Assembly: GCF_021869535.1 (NCBI RefSeq)
Contig: NW_026262734.1
Coordinates: forward strand, 55,738,001 to 55,802,000
Direction: 5' to 3'
Length of the DNA stretch: 64,000 nucleotides
Source of the DNA: Mytilus californianus
Taxonomy: Eukaryota
The notes beneath the pieces are model-generated. The model ran no database searches, had not been told where the DNA came from, and saw only the letters and a list, made by a program, of their open reading frames with translations. The position numbers and the translations under genes are program-made. Shown here one piece after another: positions 38,747 to 54,700 of this stretch. Position 1 is the stretch's first letter, and each line of letters begins with the position of its first letter.

Positions 38747-39762
38747 TTAGTATATGTAAGAGAATGATAATCCCTTTCTTCATGATTAAGTACGAGCGTT
38801 AGCGAGTACTTATCATGAAGTAAGGGATTATCATTCTCTTACAAACTTAGAATATTGTAAAGTGCTCAAGGCTCAAATGATCTATTCAAGAATTAGTTTC
38901 ATTGTCAGTGCAATGTTTATAATTGATGCATGACTTCCTTTTTGGACATGTCATTTATGGATTAGTTTTAGTGATGTAAGGACTTTCACATCATTTGGGA
39001 AGTATTTTTTTTTTAAAAGCGATATAGATATTAAGTGACACAACAGTAGAAAGAAAAGGTAGGAATTGGATATGTTTCTTGATTGTGAGTATGAATGTAA
39101 ATCATGTAATATTTTAGTGAGGAATTATCCTTTTTTTATTTACAGTTAAAAATCAATTAATGCATTTGAGTTACAACTAAATTTTATTTCACAGCCAATA
39201 TCTTGGTCCGTTTTTTTTACATCAAATGATATTTTTCATTATTTCAGGGAAGTGTTAAAAATAATGTCTATAAATTCCTGTTTTTTTTTATCGGAATATT
39301 GGAAATAACTATTCTTCCCAACCACTGATCAAGTAATCAAAGTTTTGGAAAGCTAAAAATTTAGGTTATTTTTTTATCTGAAAGATTTTTTTTCTTTTTT
39401 TGTTTTGCTTTGGTATTGTTTATTTTTTTTTAGTAATTTGAAGTTATTAATATTTTCATAATAACATTCACTGTACAAATTTTACTGCACCAGTAAACTT
39501 CAACTTATTTTGAGATTTTTGTTTGTTTCACAATTCAACTTTTAGTCAGTTTCAATCACTGTGTGATAAATCATTCCAATCTGATAAATGTGCTTCGGGG
39601 CAGTTGTAACTCATTTATAGAAACTCTTTGTTTTGAACTGTAAATAGACCAAAAATAATAGGATAATCCCTTACTAAGAACATGATTTACATTCATTCTT
39701 CACAATTAAGAGGCATCCAATCCTACAATTTCATTGGTCGAGAGCACTTTGCTATATTCTAA
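38747..39762. mobile_element. 1016-bp long-hairpin / asymmetric-IR element inserted in the satellite (copy 1)
   Basis: Hairpin 38755-38843 centred on gagcgttagcgag; IR 38847-38867 pairs 19/21 with 39742-39762. Confidence 0.7.
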
Positions 39763-41278
39763 CAGGTGTAACGCACCACTCATTATTACAAATCTTCAGG
39801 CGTGAAGTAAAACTAATTATTACATATCTTCAGGCATGAAGTATCAGTCATTATTACATATTCTAAGTCGTGATGTACCACTCATTATTTGAATTTTCTT
39901 CAGGCGTGAAATGCTATTCATTATTACATATACCTGGGCGTGAAGCTGCACTCTACTCATTATTACATTTCTTCAGGCGTAAAGTACCACTAATTACTAC
40001 ATATCTTCAGGTGTGAAGTACAACCAATTATATTATATCATCAGGCGTGATGTACCACTCATCATTACATTTCAACAGGCGTGAAGTACCACTCTTTATT
40101 GCATATCATTAGGCGTGAAATACCACTAACAATTACATATCTTCAAGTGTGAAGTACCACTCATTATAACATCTCTTCAGACACGAAGTACCACTCATTG
40201 TTACACATTTTCAGACGTGAAGTACCGCTCATTATTTCATATCTTTAGACGTGAAGAAACACTCATTATTACATATCTCCAGGCGTGAAGTAACACTCAT
40301 TTTTGCATATCCTCAGGCGTGAAGTACCATTCATTATTACATACCCTCAGACGTGAAGTACCGCTCATTATTAAATATCTTAAGTCGGAAGTATCACTCA
40401 TTTTTACATATCTTCAGGTGTGAAGTATCACTAATTATTACATATACGCAGCGTGAAGTACCACTCATTATTACTTATCCTCACTTGTGAAGTACCGCTC
40501 ATTATTACATTTCTTTAGACGTTATTTATTACATATCTTCAGGCGAAAGTATCACTCATTTTTGCATATCTTCAGGTGTGATGTACCACTCATTATTACG
40601 AATCCTCAGGCGTAACGCACCACTCATTATTTCATATCTTCAGGTGTGAAATACCACTCATCATTACATATTTTCAGGCGTGAAGTACCACTAATTACTG
40701 TATATCATAAGGCGTGAAGCACCACTCAATATTGCACATCTTTAGGCGTGAAGTACCACTCATTATTAGACGACATCCTCATACGTGAAGTAACGCTCAT
40801 TATTACATATCCTTAGATGTGAAGTACCACTTATTATTACATATCCTCATACGTGAAGTACCACTCATTATTACATATCCTTAATTGTGAAGTATCTCGC
40901 ATTATTACATATCTTCAGGCGTGACGTTACACTCATTTTTTACATATCACCAGGTGTGATGTACCACTATTTATTACATATCTTCAGACGTAAAGAATGT
41001 CAATATAACATATCTTTAGATGTGAAGTACTGCGTATTATTACATATCTTCAGACGTGAATTACCGCTCATTATTACATATCCTCAGTTGTGATGTACCA
41101 TTCATTATTACATATCTTCAGTTGTGAAGTTTTCTCTCGTTATTATATGTCTTCAGGCGTGAAGTTTTACTTATTTGTACATATTCTCAGTTGTGATGTA
41201 CCACTCATTATTACGAATCATCAGGCTTGAAGTACCACTCATTATTACATATCCTTAATTGTGAAGTATCTCGCATTA

Positions 41279-42294
41279 TTAGTATATGTAAGAGAATGAT
41301 AATCCCTTTCTTCATGATTAAGTACGAGCGTTAGCGAGTACTTATCATGAAGTAAGGGATTATCATTCTCTTACAAACTTAGAATATTGTAAAGTGCTCA
41401 AGGCTCAAATGATCTATTCAAGAATTAGTTTCATTGTCAGTGCAATGTTTATAATTGATGCATGACTTCCTTTTTGGACATGTCATTTATGGATTAGTTT
41501 TAGTGATGTAAGGACTTTCACATCATTTGGGAAGTATTTTTTTTTTAAAAGCGATATAGATATTAAGTGACACAACAGTAGAAAGAAAAGGTAGGAATTG
41601 GATATGTTTCTTGATTGTGAGTATGAATGTAAATCATGTAATATTTTAGTGAGGAATTATCCTTTTTTTATTTACAGTTAAAAATCAATTAATGCATTTG
41701 AGTTACAACTAAATTTTATTTCACAGCCAATATCTTGGTCCGTTTTTTTTACATCAAATGATATTTTTCATTATTTCAGGGAAGTGTTAAAAATAATGTC
41801 TATAAATTCCTGTTTTTTTTTATCGGAATATTGGAAATAACTATTCTTCCCAACCACTGATCAAGTAATCAAAGTTTTGGAAAGCTAAAAATTTAGGTTA
41901 TTTTTTTATCTGAAAGATTTTTTTTCTTTTTTTGTTTTGCTTTGGTATTGTTTATTTTTTTTTAGTAATTTGAAGTTATTAATATTTTCATAATAACATT
42001 CACTGTACAAATTTTACTGCACCAGTAAACTTCAACTTATTTTGAGATTTTTGTTTGTTTCACAATTCAACTTTTAGTCAGTTTCAATCACTGTGTGATA
42101 AATCATTCCAATCTGATAAATGTGCTTCGGGGCAGTTGTAACTCATTTATAGAAACTCTTTGTTTTGAACTGTAAATAGACCAAAAATAATAGGATAATC
42201 CCTTACTAAGAACATGATTTACATTCATTCTTCACAATTAAGAGGCATCCAATCCTACAATTTCATTGGTCGAGAGCACTTTGCTATATTCTAA
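41279..42294. mobile_element. Second, apparently identical copy, produced by the 2532-bp tandem duplication
   Basis: Same sequence and same flanks at offset +2532. Confidence 0.75.
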
Positions 42295-44060
42295 CAGGTG
42301 TAACGCACCACTCATTATTACAAATCTTCAGGCGTGAAGTAAAACTAATTATTACATATCTTCAGGCATGAAGTATCAGTCATTATTACATATTCTAAGT
42401 CGTGATGTACCACTCATTATTTGAATTTTCTTCAGGCGTGAAATGCTATTCATTATTACATATACCTGGGCGTGAAGCTGCACTCTACTCATTATTACAT
42501 TTCTTCAGGCGTAAAGTACCACTAATTACTACATATCTTCAGGTGTGAAGTACAACCAATTATATTATATCATCAGGCGTGATGTACCACTCATCATTAC
42601 ATTTCAACAGGCGTGAAGTACCACTCTTTATTGCATATCATTAGGCGTGAAATACCACTAACAATTACATATCTTCAAGTGTGAAGTACCACTCATTATA
42701 ACATCTCTTCAGACACGAAGTACCACTCATTGTTACACATTTTCAGACGTGAAGTACCGCTCATTATTTCATATCTTTAGACGTGAAGAAACACTCATTA
42801 TTACATATCTCCAGGCGTGAAGTAACACTCATTTTTGCATATCCTCAGGCGTGAAGTACCATTCATTATTACATACCCTCAGACGTGAAGTACCGCTCAT
42901 TATTAAATATCTTAAGTCGGAAGTATCACTCATTTTTACATATCTTCAGGTGTGAAGTATCACTAATTATTACATATACGCAGCGTGAAGTACCACTCAT
43001 TATTACTTATCCTCACTTGTGAAGTACCGCTCATTATTACATTTCTTTAGACGTTATTTATTACATATCTTCAGGCGAAAGTATCACTCATTTTTGCATA
43101 TCTTCAGGTGTGATGTACCACTCATTATTACGAATCCTCAGGCGTAACGCACCACTCATTATTTCATATCTTCAGGTGTGAAATACCACTCATCATTACA
43201 TATTTTCAGGCGTGAAGTACCACTAATTACTGTATATCATAAGGCGTGAAGCACCACTCAATATTGCACATCTTTAGGCGTGAAGTACCACTCATTATTA
43301 GACGACATCCTCATACGTGAAGTAACGCTCATTATTACATATCCTTAGATGTGAAGTACCACTTATTATTACATATCCTCATACGTGAAGTACCGCTCAT
43401 TATTACATATCCTCAGACGTGAATTACCACTAATTATTTCATATCTTCTGGCGTGAAGTACCACTTAGTATTACATCTCTTCAGATGTGATGTACCACTG
43501 ATTATAACGCAACCTCACACGAAAAGTGCCACTCATTATTTCATATCTTCAGGCGTGAAGTACCACTTATTATTACATATGATGAGGCGTGAAGTACCAC
43601 TCATTATTACATATCATCAGCCGTGAAGTACCACTCTTCATAACATATCATCGGGCGTGAAGTACCACTCATTACATATCTTCAAGTGTGAAGTACTGCT
43701 CATTATTACATATCTTCAAACATGAAGTACCACTCATTATTACATATCCTCAGTTGTGAAATACCACTCATTATAACATATCTTTAGACGTGAAGATTGT
43801 CAATATAACATATCTTTAGATGTGAAGTACCGCTCATTATTACATATCTTCAGACGTGAATTATAACTAATTATTACATATCCTCAGTTGTGAAGTACCA
43901 CGCATGGTTACATATCTTCAGTCGTTAAGTTTCTCTCATTATTATATGTCTTCAGGCGTGAAGTTTCATTCATTTTTACATATCCTCAGGTGTGATGTAC
44001 CACTCATTATTACGAAACATAGGCGTGAAGTACCACTCATTATTAAATATCCTCAGTTGT

Positions 44061-47000
44061 GAAGTATTTTTCATTATCACATATTTTCAGGCGTGAAGTT
44101 TTACTAATTTTAACATATCCTAAGGTGTGATGTACCACTCATTATTACAAATCCTCAGGCGTGAAGTACAACTAAATATTACATATCTTCAGGCGTGAAG
44201 TACCACTTATTATTACATATACTCAGTCGTGATGTACCATTCATTATTACATATCATAACGCGTGATGTACCACTCATTATTACATATCATCTGGCGTGA
44301 TGTACCACTCATTATTTCATATCTTCAGGCGTGAACTACCACTCATTATTACATATCTTCAGTCGTGAAGTTTCTCTCATTATTATATGTCTTCAGGCGT
44401 GAAGTTTCACTCATTTTTACATATCCTCAGGTGTGATGTACCACTTATTATTACGAATCCTCAGGTGTGAAGTACCACTCATTATTAAATATTCTCGGCC
44501 GTGAAGTACTACTCATTATTTTATATCATCAGCCGTAAAGTACCATTCATTATTACATATCCTCAGAAGTGACGTATTACTCATTATTACATATCTCCAG
44601 GCGTGAAGTACCACTCATTATTGCATATCCTCAGGCGTAAAGTACCTCTCATTATTACTTCTTTAGGCGTGAAGTACCACTCATTATTACATATCCTCAG
44701 ACGTGAAGTAACACTCTTTATTGCATATCATTAGAGGTGAAATACCACTCATTATTACATATCTTCAAGTGTGAAGTACCACTTATTATAACATCTCTTC
44801 AGACATAAAGTACCACTAATTGTTACACATTTTCAGGCGTGAAGTATCCCTCATTATTACTTATCTTCAGGCGTGAAGTACCATTCATTATTTCATATTC
44901 TCCGTCATAATGAACCACTCATTATTTGAATTTTCTTCAAGCGTGAAATGCCATTCATTATTACATATACCTAGGCATGAAGCTCTCGACTCATTATTAA
45001 ATTTCTTCAGGCGTGAAGTACCACTAATTATTACATATCTTCAGCTGTGAAGTACCACTCATTATTACATATACTCAGACCTGAAGTAACACTCTTTATT
45101 ACATATCATTAGGCGTGAAATACCAATCATTATTACATATCTTCAGATGTGAAATACCACTCATTATAACATCTCTTCAGGAATAAAGTACCACTCATTG
45201 TTACACATTTTCAGGCGTAAAGTACCTCTCATTTTTAAATATCTTCGGGGGTGAAGTACCACTTATTAATACATATTCTCAGTCGTGAAGCTCTCGACTC
45301 ATTATTACATTTCCTCAGGCGTAAAGTACCACCAATAATTACATATCTTCAGCTGTGAAGTACCATTCATTAATACATATCCTCAGACGTGAAGTACCGC
45401 TCATTATTACATATCTTCAGGCGGAAGTACCACTCATTACATATCTTCAAGTGTGAAGTACCGCTCATTATTACATATCTTCAGACGTGAAGTACCACTC
45501 ATTATTACATATCCTCAGTTGTGAAATACCACTCATTATAACATATCTTCAGACGTGAAGATTGTCAATATAACATATCTTTAGATGTGAAGTACCGCTC
45601 ATTATTACATATCTTCAGACGTGAATTATAACTAATTATTACATATCCTCAGTTGTGAAGTACCACGCATGGTTACATATCTTCAGGCGTGAAGTTTCAC
45701 TAATTTTTACATATCCTAAAGTGTGATGTACCACTCATTATTACAAATCCTCAGGCGTGAAGTACAACTAATTAATACATATCTTCAGGCGTGATGTACC
45801 ACTTATTATTTCATATATTCAGGCGTGAAGTACCACTCATAATTACATATCTTCAGGTGTCATGTACCACTCATCATTATATATACTCTGGCGTGAAGTA
45901 CCACTCATTATTACAAATCCTCAGGCGTGAAGTACCACTCATAATTACATATCTTCAGTTGTGAAGTACCACTCATTATTACATATCTTCAGTCGTGAAG
46001 TTTCTCTCATTATTATATGTCTTCAGGCGTGAAGTTTCACTCATTATTACATATCATCAGGTGTGATGTACCACTTATTATTTCGAATCCTCAGGTGTGA
46101 AGCACCACTCATTATTAAATATCCTCGGCCGTGAAGTACTACTCATTATTTTATATCCTCAGCCGTAAAGTACCATTCATTATTACATATCCTCAGAAGT
46201 GACGTATTACTCATTATTACATATCTCCAGGCGTGAAGTACCACTCATTATTGCATATCCTCAGGCGTGAAGTACCTCTCATTATTACTTCTTCAGGCGT
46301 GAAGTACCACTCATTATTACATATACTCAGACGTGAAGTAACACTCTTTATTGCACGTCATTAGAGGTGAAATACCACTCATTATTTCATATTCTCAGTC
46401 ATAACGAACCACTCATTATTTGAATTTTCTTCAGGCGTGAAATGCCATTCATTATTACATATACCTAGGCGTGAAGCTCTCGACTCATTATTACATTTAT
46501 TCAGGCGTAAAGTACCACTAATTATTACATATCTTCAGCTGTGAAGTACCACTCATTATTACATATACTCAGACCTGAAGTAACACTCTTTATTGAATAT
46601 CATTAGGCGTGAAATACCACTCATTATTACATATCTTCAGATGTGAAATACCACTCATTTTAACATTTCTTTAGGAATAAAGTACCACTCATTGTTACAC
46701 ATTTTCAGGCGTAAAATACCTCTCATTATTACATATCTTCAGGCGTAAATTACCACTTATTATTACATATTCTCAGTCGTGATGTACCTCTCATTATCTG
46801 AATTTTCTTCAGGCGTGAAATGCCATTCATTATTACATATACCTAGACGCGAAGCTCTCGACTCATTATTACATTTCTTCAGGAGTAAAGTACCACTAAT
46901 AATTACATATCTTCAGTTGTGAAGTACCACTCATTACTTCATATACTCAGACGTGAAGTACCACTCATTATTACATATCTTCAGGCGGAAGTACAACTCA

Positions 47001-50000
47001 TTACATATCTTCAAGTGTGAAGTACCGCTCATTATTACATATCTTCAGACGTGAAGTACCACTCATTATTACATATACTCAGTTATGAAATACCACTCAT
47101 TATAACATATCTTCAGACGTGAAGATTGTCAATATAACATATCTTTAGAAGTATTTTTCATTATCACATATTTTCAGGCGTGAAGTTTTACTAATTTTAA
47201 CATATCCTAAGGTGTGATGTACCACTCATTATTACAAATCCTCAGGCGTGAAGTACAACTAAATATTACATATCTTCAGGCGTGAAGTACCACTTATTAT
47301 TACATATACTCAGTCGTGATGTACCATTCATTATTACATATCATAACGCGTGATGTACCACTCATTATTACATATCATCTGGCGTGATGTACCACTCATT
47401 ATTTCATATCTTCAGGCGTGAACTACCACTCATTATTACATATCTTCAGTCGTGAAGTTTCTCTCATTATTATATGTCTTCAGGCGTGAAGTTTCACTCA
47501 TTTTTACATATCCTCAGGTGTGATGTACCACTTATTATTACGAATCCTCAGGTGTGAAGTACCACTCATTATTAAATATTCTCGGCCGTGAAGTACTACT
47601 CATTATTTTATATCATCAGCCGTAAAGTACCATTCATTATTACATATCCTCAGAAGTGACGTATTACTCATTATTACATATCTCCAGGCGTGAAGTACCA
47701 CTCATTATTGCATATCCTCAGGCGTAAAGTACCTCTCATTATTACTTCTTTAGGCGTGAAGTACCACTCATTATTACATATCCTCAGACGTGAAGTAACA
47801 CTCTTTATTGCATATCATTAGAGGTGAAATACCACTCATTATTACATATCTTCAAGTGTGAAGTACCACTTATTATAACATCTCTTCAGACATAAAGTAC
47901 CACTAATTGTTACACATTTTCAGGCGTGAAGTATCCCTCATTATTACTTATCTTCAGGCGTGAAGTACCATTCATTATTTCATATTCTCCGTCATAATGA
48001 ACCACTCATTATTTGAATTTTCTTCAAGCGTGAAATGCCATTCATTATTACATATACCTAGGCATGAAGCTCTCGACTCATTATTAAATTTCTTCAGGCG
48101 TGAAGTACCACTAATTATTACATATCTTCAGCTGTGAAGTACCACTCATTATTACATATACTCAGACCTGAAGTAACACTCTTTATTACATATCATTAGG
48201 CGTGAAATACCAATCATTATTACATATCTTCAGATGTGAAATACCACTCATTATAACATCTCTTCAGGAATAAAGTACCACTCATTGTTACACATTTTCA
48301 GGCGTAAAGTACCTCTCATTTTTAAATATCTTCGGGGGTGAAGTACCACTTATTAATACATATTCTCAGTCGTGAAGCTCTCGACTCATTATTACATTTC
48401 CTCAGGCGTAAAGTACCACCAATAATTACATATCTTCAGCTGTGAAGTACCATTCATTAATACATATCCTCAGACGTGAAGTACCGCTCATTATTACATA
48501 TCTTCAGGCGGAAGTACCACTCATTACATATCTTCAAGTGTGAAGTACCGCTCATTATTACATATCTTCAGACGTGAAGTACCACTCATTATTACATATC
48601 CTCAGTTGTGAAATACCACTCATTATAACATATCTTCAGACGTGAAGATTGTCAATATAACATATCTTTAGATGTGAAGTACCGCTCATTATTACATATC
48701 TTCAGACGTGAATTATAACTAATTATTACATATCCTCAGTTGTGAAGTACCACGCATGGTTACATATCTTCAGGCGTGAAGTTTCACTAATTTTTACATA
48801 TCCTAAAGTGTGATGTACCACTCATTATTACAAATCCTCAGGCGTGAAGTACAACTAATTATTACATATCTTCAGGCGTGATGTACCACTTATTATTTCA
48901 TATATTCAGGCGTGAAGTACCACTCATAATTACATATCTTCAGGTGTCATGTACCACTCATCATTATATATACTCTGGCGTGAAGTACCACTCATTATTA
49001 CAAATCCTCAGGCGTGAAGTACCACTCATAATTACATATCTTCAGTTGTGAAGTACCACTCATTATTACATATCTTCAGTCGTGAAGTTTCTCTCATTAT
49101 TATATGTCTTCAGGCGTGAAGTTTCACTCATTATTACATATCATCAGGTGTGATGTACCACTTATTATTTCGAATCCTCAGGTGTGAAGCACCACTCATT
49201 ATTAAATATCCTCGGCCGTGAAGTACTACTCATTATTTTATATCCTCAGCCGTAAAGTACCATTCATTATTACATATCCTCAGAAGTGACGTATTACTCA
49301 TTATTACATATCTCCAGGCGTGAAGTACCACTCATTATTGCATATCCTCAGGCGTGAAGTACCTCTCATTATTACTTCTTCAGGCGTGAAGTACCACTCA
49401 TTATTACATATACTCAGACGTGAAGTAACACTCTTTATTGCACGTCATTAGAGGTGAAATACCACTCATTATTTCATATTCTCAGTCATAACGAACCACT
49501 CATTATTTGAATTTTCTTCAGGCGTGAAATGCCATTCATTATTACATATACCTAGGCGTGAAGCTCTCGACTCATTATTACATTTATTCAGGCGTAAAGT
49601 ACCACTAATTATTACATATCTTCAGCTGTGAAGTACCACTCATTATTACATATACTCAGACCTGAAGTAACACTCTTTATTGAATATCATTAGGCGTGAA
49701 ATACCACTCATTATTACATATCTTCAGATGTGAAATACCACTCATTTTAACATTTCTTTAGGAATAAAGTACCACTCATTGTTACACATTTTCAGGCGTA
49801 AAATACCTCTCATTATTACATATCTTCAGGCGTAAATTACCACTTATTATTACATATTCTCAGTCGTGATGTACCTCTCATTATCTGAATTTTCTTCAGG
49901 CGTGAAATGCCATTCATTATTACATATACCTAGACGCGAAGCTCTCGACTCATTATTACATTTCTTCAGGAGTAAAGTACCACTAATAATTACATATCTT

Positions 50001-50236
50001 CAGTTGTGAAGTACCACTCATTACTTCATATACTCAGACGTGAAGTACCACTCATTATTACATATCTTCAGGCGGAAGTACAACTCATTACATATCTTCA
50101 AGTGTGAAGTACCGCTCATTATTACATATCTTCAGACGTGAAGTACCACTCATTATTACATATACTCAGTTATGAAATACCACTCATTATAACATATCTT
50201 CAGACGTGAAGATTGTCAATATAACATATCTTTAGA
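44061..50236. repeat. Tandem duplication, period 3087 bp
   Basis: Offset checked at both ends and internally; one substitution noticed (attaatacat ~45771 vs attattacat ~48858). Confidence 0.9.
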
Positions 50237-51782
50237 TGTGAAGTACCGCTCATTATTACATATCTTCAGACGTGAATTATAACTATATATTACATATCCT
50301 CAGTTGTGAAGTACCACGCATGGTTACATATCTTCAGTCGTTAAGTTTCTCTCATTATTATATGTCTTCAGGCGTGAAGTTTCACTCATTTTTACATATC
50401 CTCAGGTGTGATGTACCACTCATTATTATGAATCATAGGCGTGAAGTACCACTCATTATTACAAACCTCAGTTGTGAAGTATCTTTCATTATCACATATC
50501 TTCAGGCGTGAAGTTTCACTAATTTTTACATATCCTAAGGTGTGATGTACCACTCATTATTACAAATCCTCAGGCGTGAAGTACAACTAATTATTACTTA
50601 TCTTCAGGCGTGTTACAACTTATTATTACATATACTCAGTCGTGATGTATACCATTCATTATTACATATCATAACGCGTGATGTACAACTCATTATTACA
50701 TATCATCTGGCGTGATGTACCACTCATTATTTCATATCTTCAGGCGTGAAGTACCACTCATTATCATATATCATCAGGTGTGATGTACCACTCATTATTA
50801 CATATCTTCAGGCGTGAAGTACCACTCATTATTACATATCATGAGGCCTGAAGTACCACTCATTATTACATATCATCAGGTGTGATGTACCACTCATTAT
50901 TGCATATCTTCAGACGTGACGTGAAGTACCACTCATTATTACTCATCCTCAGTCGTGAAGTGCCACTCATTATTACATATCATCAGGCGTGAAGTACCAC
51001 TCATTACATTTCAACAGGCGTGAAGTACCACTCTTTATTGCATATCATTAGGCGTGAAATACCATTCATTATGACATATCTTCAAGTGTGAAGTACCACT
51101 CATTATAACATCTCTTCAGACATGAAGTACCACTCATTGCTACACATTTTCAGACGTGCAGTACCGCTCATTATTTCATATCTTTGGACGTGAAGTTCCA
51201 CTAATTATAACATATCTCCAGGCATGAAGTACCACTCATTATTGCATATCCTCAGGCGTCAAGTACCACTCATTATTACATATATTCAAGCGGACGTATC
51301 ACTCATTTTTACATGTTTTAGATATCTTCAAGTATGAAGTATCACTCATTGTTACATATGCATACACTATACGTGAAGTACCGCTCAATATTACATATCT
51401 TCAGTGGTGAATTAAGTACCACTCATTATAACATATACTCAGTTGTGAAGTACCACTCATTATTGCATATCCTCAGGTGTCAAGTACCACTCATTATTAC
51501 ATTATTACATATCTTCAAGCGGACGTATCACTCATTTTTACATGTTTTAGATATCTTCAAGTGTGAAGTATCACTCATTATTACATATGCGCAGCGTGAA
51601 GTACCACTGATTATTACTTATGCTCATTCGTGAGGTACCGCTCATTATTTCATTTTTTTAGACGTAATTTACTTCATATCTTCAGGTGGAGGTATCAATT
51701 ATTTTTACATATCTTCATGTGTGAAATATCATTCATTATCAAATATCCTCAGGTGTGATATACCACTCATTATTACGAAGCC

Positions 51783-54700
51783 TCAGGCGTGAAGTACCAC
51801 TCATTATTTTATATCTCCAGGCGTGAAATACCACTCATTATTTTAGATCTTCAGGCGTGAAATACCACTCATTACTACATATCTTCAGGCATGAAGTACC
51901 ACTAATTATTGTATATCCACAGGCGCGAAGGACCACTCAATATTGCATATCTTCAGGCGTGAAGTACTACTCATTATTTGACATCGTCATACGTGAAGTA
52001 CCGCCCATCATTACATATCCTCAGACGTGAAGTACCACTCATTATTACATATCCTCAGACGTGAAGTACCACTCATTATTTCATATGTTCTGGCGTGAAC
52101 TACCACTCAGTATAACATCTCTTCAGATGTGATGTACCACGGATTATAACGCAACCTCAGACGAGAAGTACCACTGATTATAAAGCAACCTCAGACGAGT
52201 AGTACCACTAATTATTATATATCTCAGACTTGAAATACCACTCATTATTACTTATCTTCAGATGCGTTGTACCACTAATTATTACTCTTCCTCAGTAGTG
52301 AAGTGCCACTCATTATTTCATATCTTCAGGCGTGAAGTACTACTTATTACATATCTTCAAGTGTGAAGTACCGCTCAATATTACATATCTTCAGTGGTGA
52401 ATTAAGTACCACTCATTATAACATATCCTCAGTTGTGAAGTACCACTCATTATTACATATCTTCAGACGTAAAGAATGTCAATATAACATATCTTTAGAT
52501 GTGAAGTACTGCGTATTATTACATATCTTCAGACGTGAATTACCGCTCATTATTACATATCCTCAGTTGTGATGTACCACTCATTATTACATATCTTCAG
52601 TCGTGAAGTTTCTCTCGTTATTATATGTCTTCAGGCGTGAAGTTTCACTTATTTGTACATATTCTCAGGTGTGATGTACCACTCATTATAACGAATCCTC
52701 AGGCTTGAAGTACCACTCATTATTACATATCCTTAATTGTGAAGTATCTCGCATTATTACATATCTTCAGGCGTGACGTTTCACTCATTTTTACATATCA
52801 TCAGGTGTGATGTATCACTCATTATTACAAATCTTCAGACGTGAAGTACCAATCATTATTACAAATCCTCAGGCGTGAAGTACCACTCATTATAACATCT
52901 CTTCAGACACGAAGTACCACTCATAGTTACACATTTTCAGACGTGAAGTACCGCTCATTATTTCATATCTTTAGACGTGAAGTACCACTTATTATTACAT
53001 ATCTCCATGCGTGAAGTAACACTCATTTTTGCATATCCTCAGGCGTGAAGTACCACTCATTATTACATACACTCAGACGTGAAGTACCGCTCATTATCTA
53101 ATATCTTCAGTCGGAAGTATCACTAATTTTTACATATCTTCAGGTGTGAAGTATCACTCATTATTACATATACGCAGCGTGAAGTACCACTCATTATTAC
53201 TTATCCTCACTCGTGAAGTACCGCTCATTATTAAATTTCTTTAGACGTTATTTATTACATATCTTCAGGCGAAAGTATAACTCATTTTTGCATATCTTCA
53301 GGTGTGATGTACCATTCATTATTACGAATCCTCAGGCGTAACGCATCACTCACTATGTCATATCTTCAGGTGTGAAATACCACTCATCATTACATATTTT
53401 CAGGCGTGAAGTACCACTAATTACTGTATATCCTAAGGCGTGAAGCACCACTCAATATTGCATATCTTTAGGCGTGAAGTACCACTCATTATTAGACGAC
53501 ATCCTCATACGTGAAGTAACGCTCATTATTACATATCCTTAGACGTGAAGTACCACTTATTATTACACATCCTCATACGTGAAGTACCGCTCATTATTAC
53601 ATATCCTCAGACGTGATTTACCACTAATTATTTTATATCTTCTGGCGTGAAGTACCACTCAGTATTACATCTCTTCAGATGTGATGTACCACTGATTATA
53701 ACGCAACCTCAGACGAGAAGTGCCACTCATTATTTCATATCTTCAGGCGTGAAGTACCACTCATTATTACATATGATGAAGCGTGAAGTACCACTCATCA
53801 TTACATATCATCAGCCGTGAAGTACCACTCTTTTTAACATATCATCGGGCGTGAAGTACCAGTCATTACATATCTTCAAGTGTGAAGTACCGCTCATTAT
53901 TACATATCTTCAGACGTGAAGTACCACTCATTATTACATATCCTCAGTTGTATAGTACCACTCATTATTACATATCTTCGGACGTGAAGAATATCAATAT
54001 AACATATCTTTAGATATGAAGTACCGCGTAATATCACATATCTTCAGACGTGAATTACCACTAATTATTACATATCCTCAACTGTGAAGTATCTCTCATT
54101 ATTACATATCTTCAGGCGTGAAGTTTCACTCATTTTTACGCATCCTCAGTTGTGATGTACCACTCATTATTACAAATGCTCAGTTGTGATGTACCATTCA
54201 TTATTACAAATCATCAGGCGTGAAGTACCACTCATTATTTTATATCTCCAGGCGTGAAATACCACTCATTATTTTAGATCTTCAGGCTTGAAATACCACT
54301 CATTACTACATATCTTCAGGCATGAAGTACCACTAATTATTGTATATCCACAGGCGCGAAGGACCACTCAATATTGCATATCTTCAGGCGTGAAGTACTA
54401 CTCATTATTTGACATCGTCATACGTGAAGTACCGCCCATCATTACATATCCTCAGACGTGAAGTACCACTCATTATTACATATCCTCAGACGTGAAGTAC
54501 CACTCATTATTTCATATGTTCTGGCGTGAACTACCACTCAGTATAACATCTCTTCAGATGTGATGTACCACGGATTATAACGCAACCTCAGACGAGAAGT
54601 ACCACTGATTATAAAGCAACCTCAGACGAGTAATACCACTAATTATTATATATCTCAGACTTGAAATACCACTCATTATTACTTATCTTCAGATGCGTTG

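Larger units (their letters stand above)
38322..43394. repeat. Tandem duplication, period 2532 bp
   Basis: Offset checked at several landmarks; the ORF-track duplicates 38355 and 40887 differ by 2532; junction homology tgaagtacc. Confidence 0.9.
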
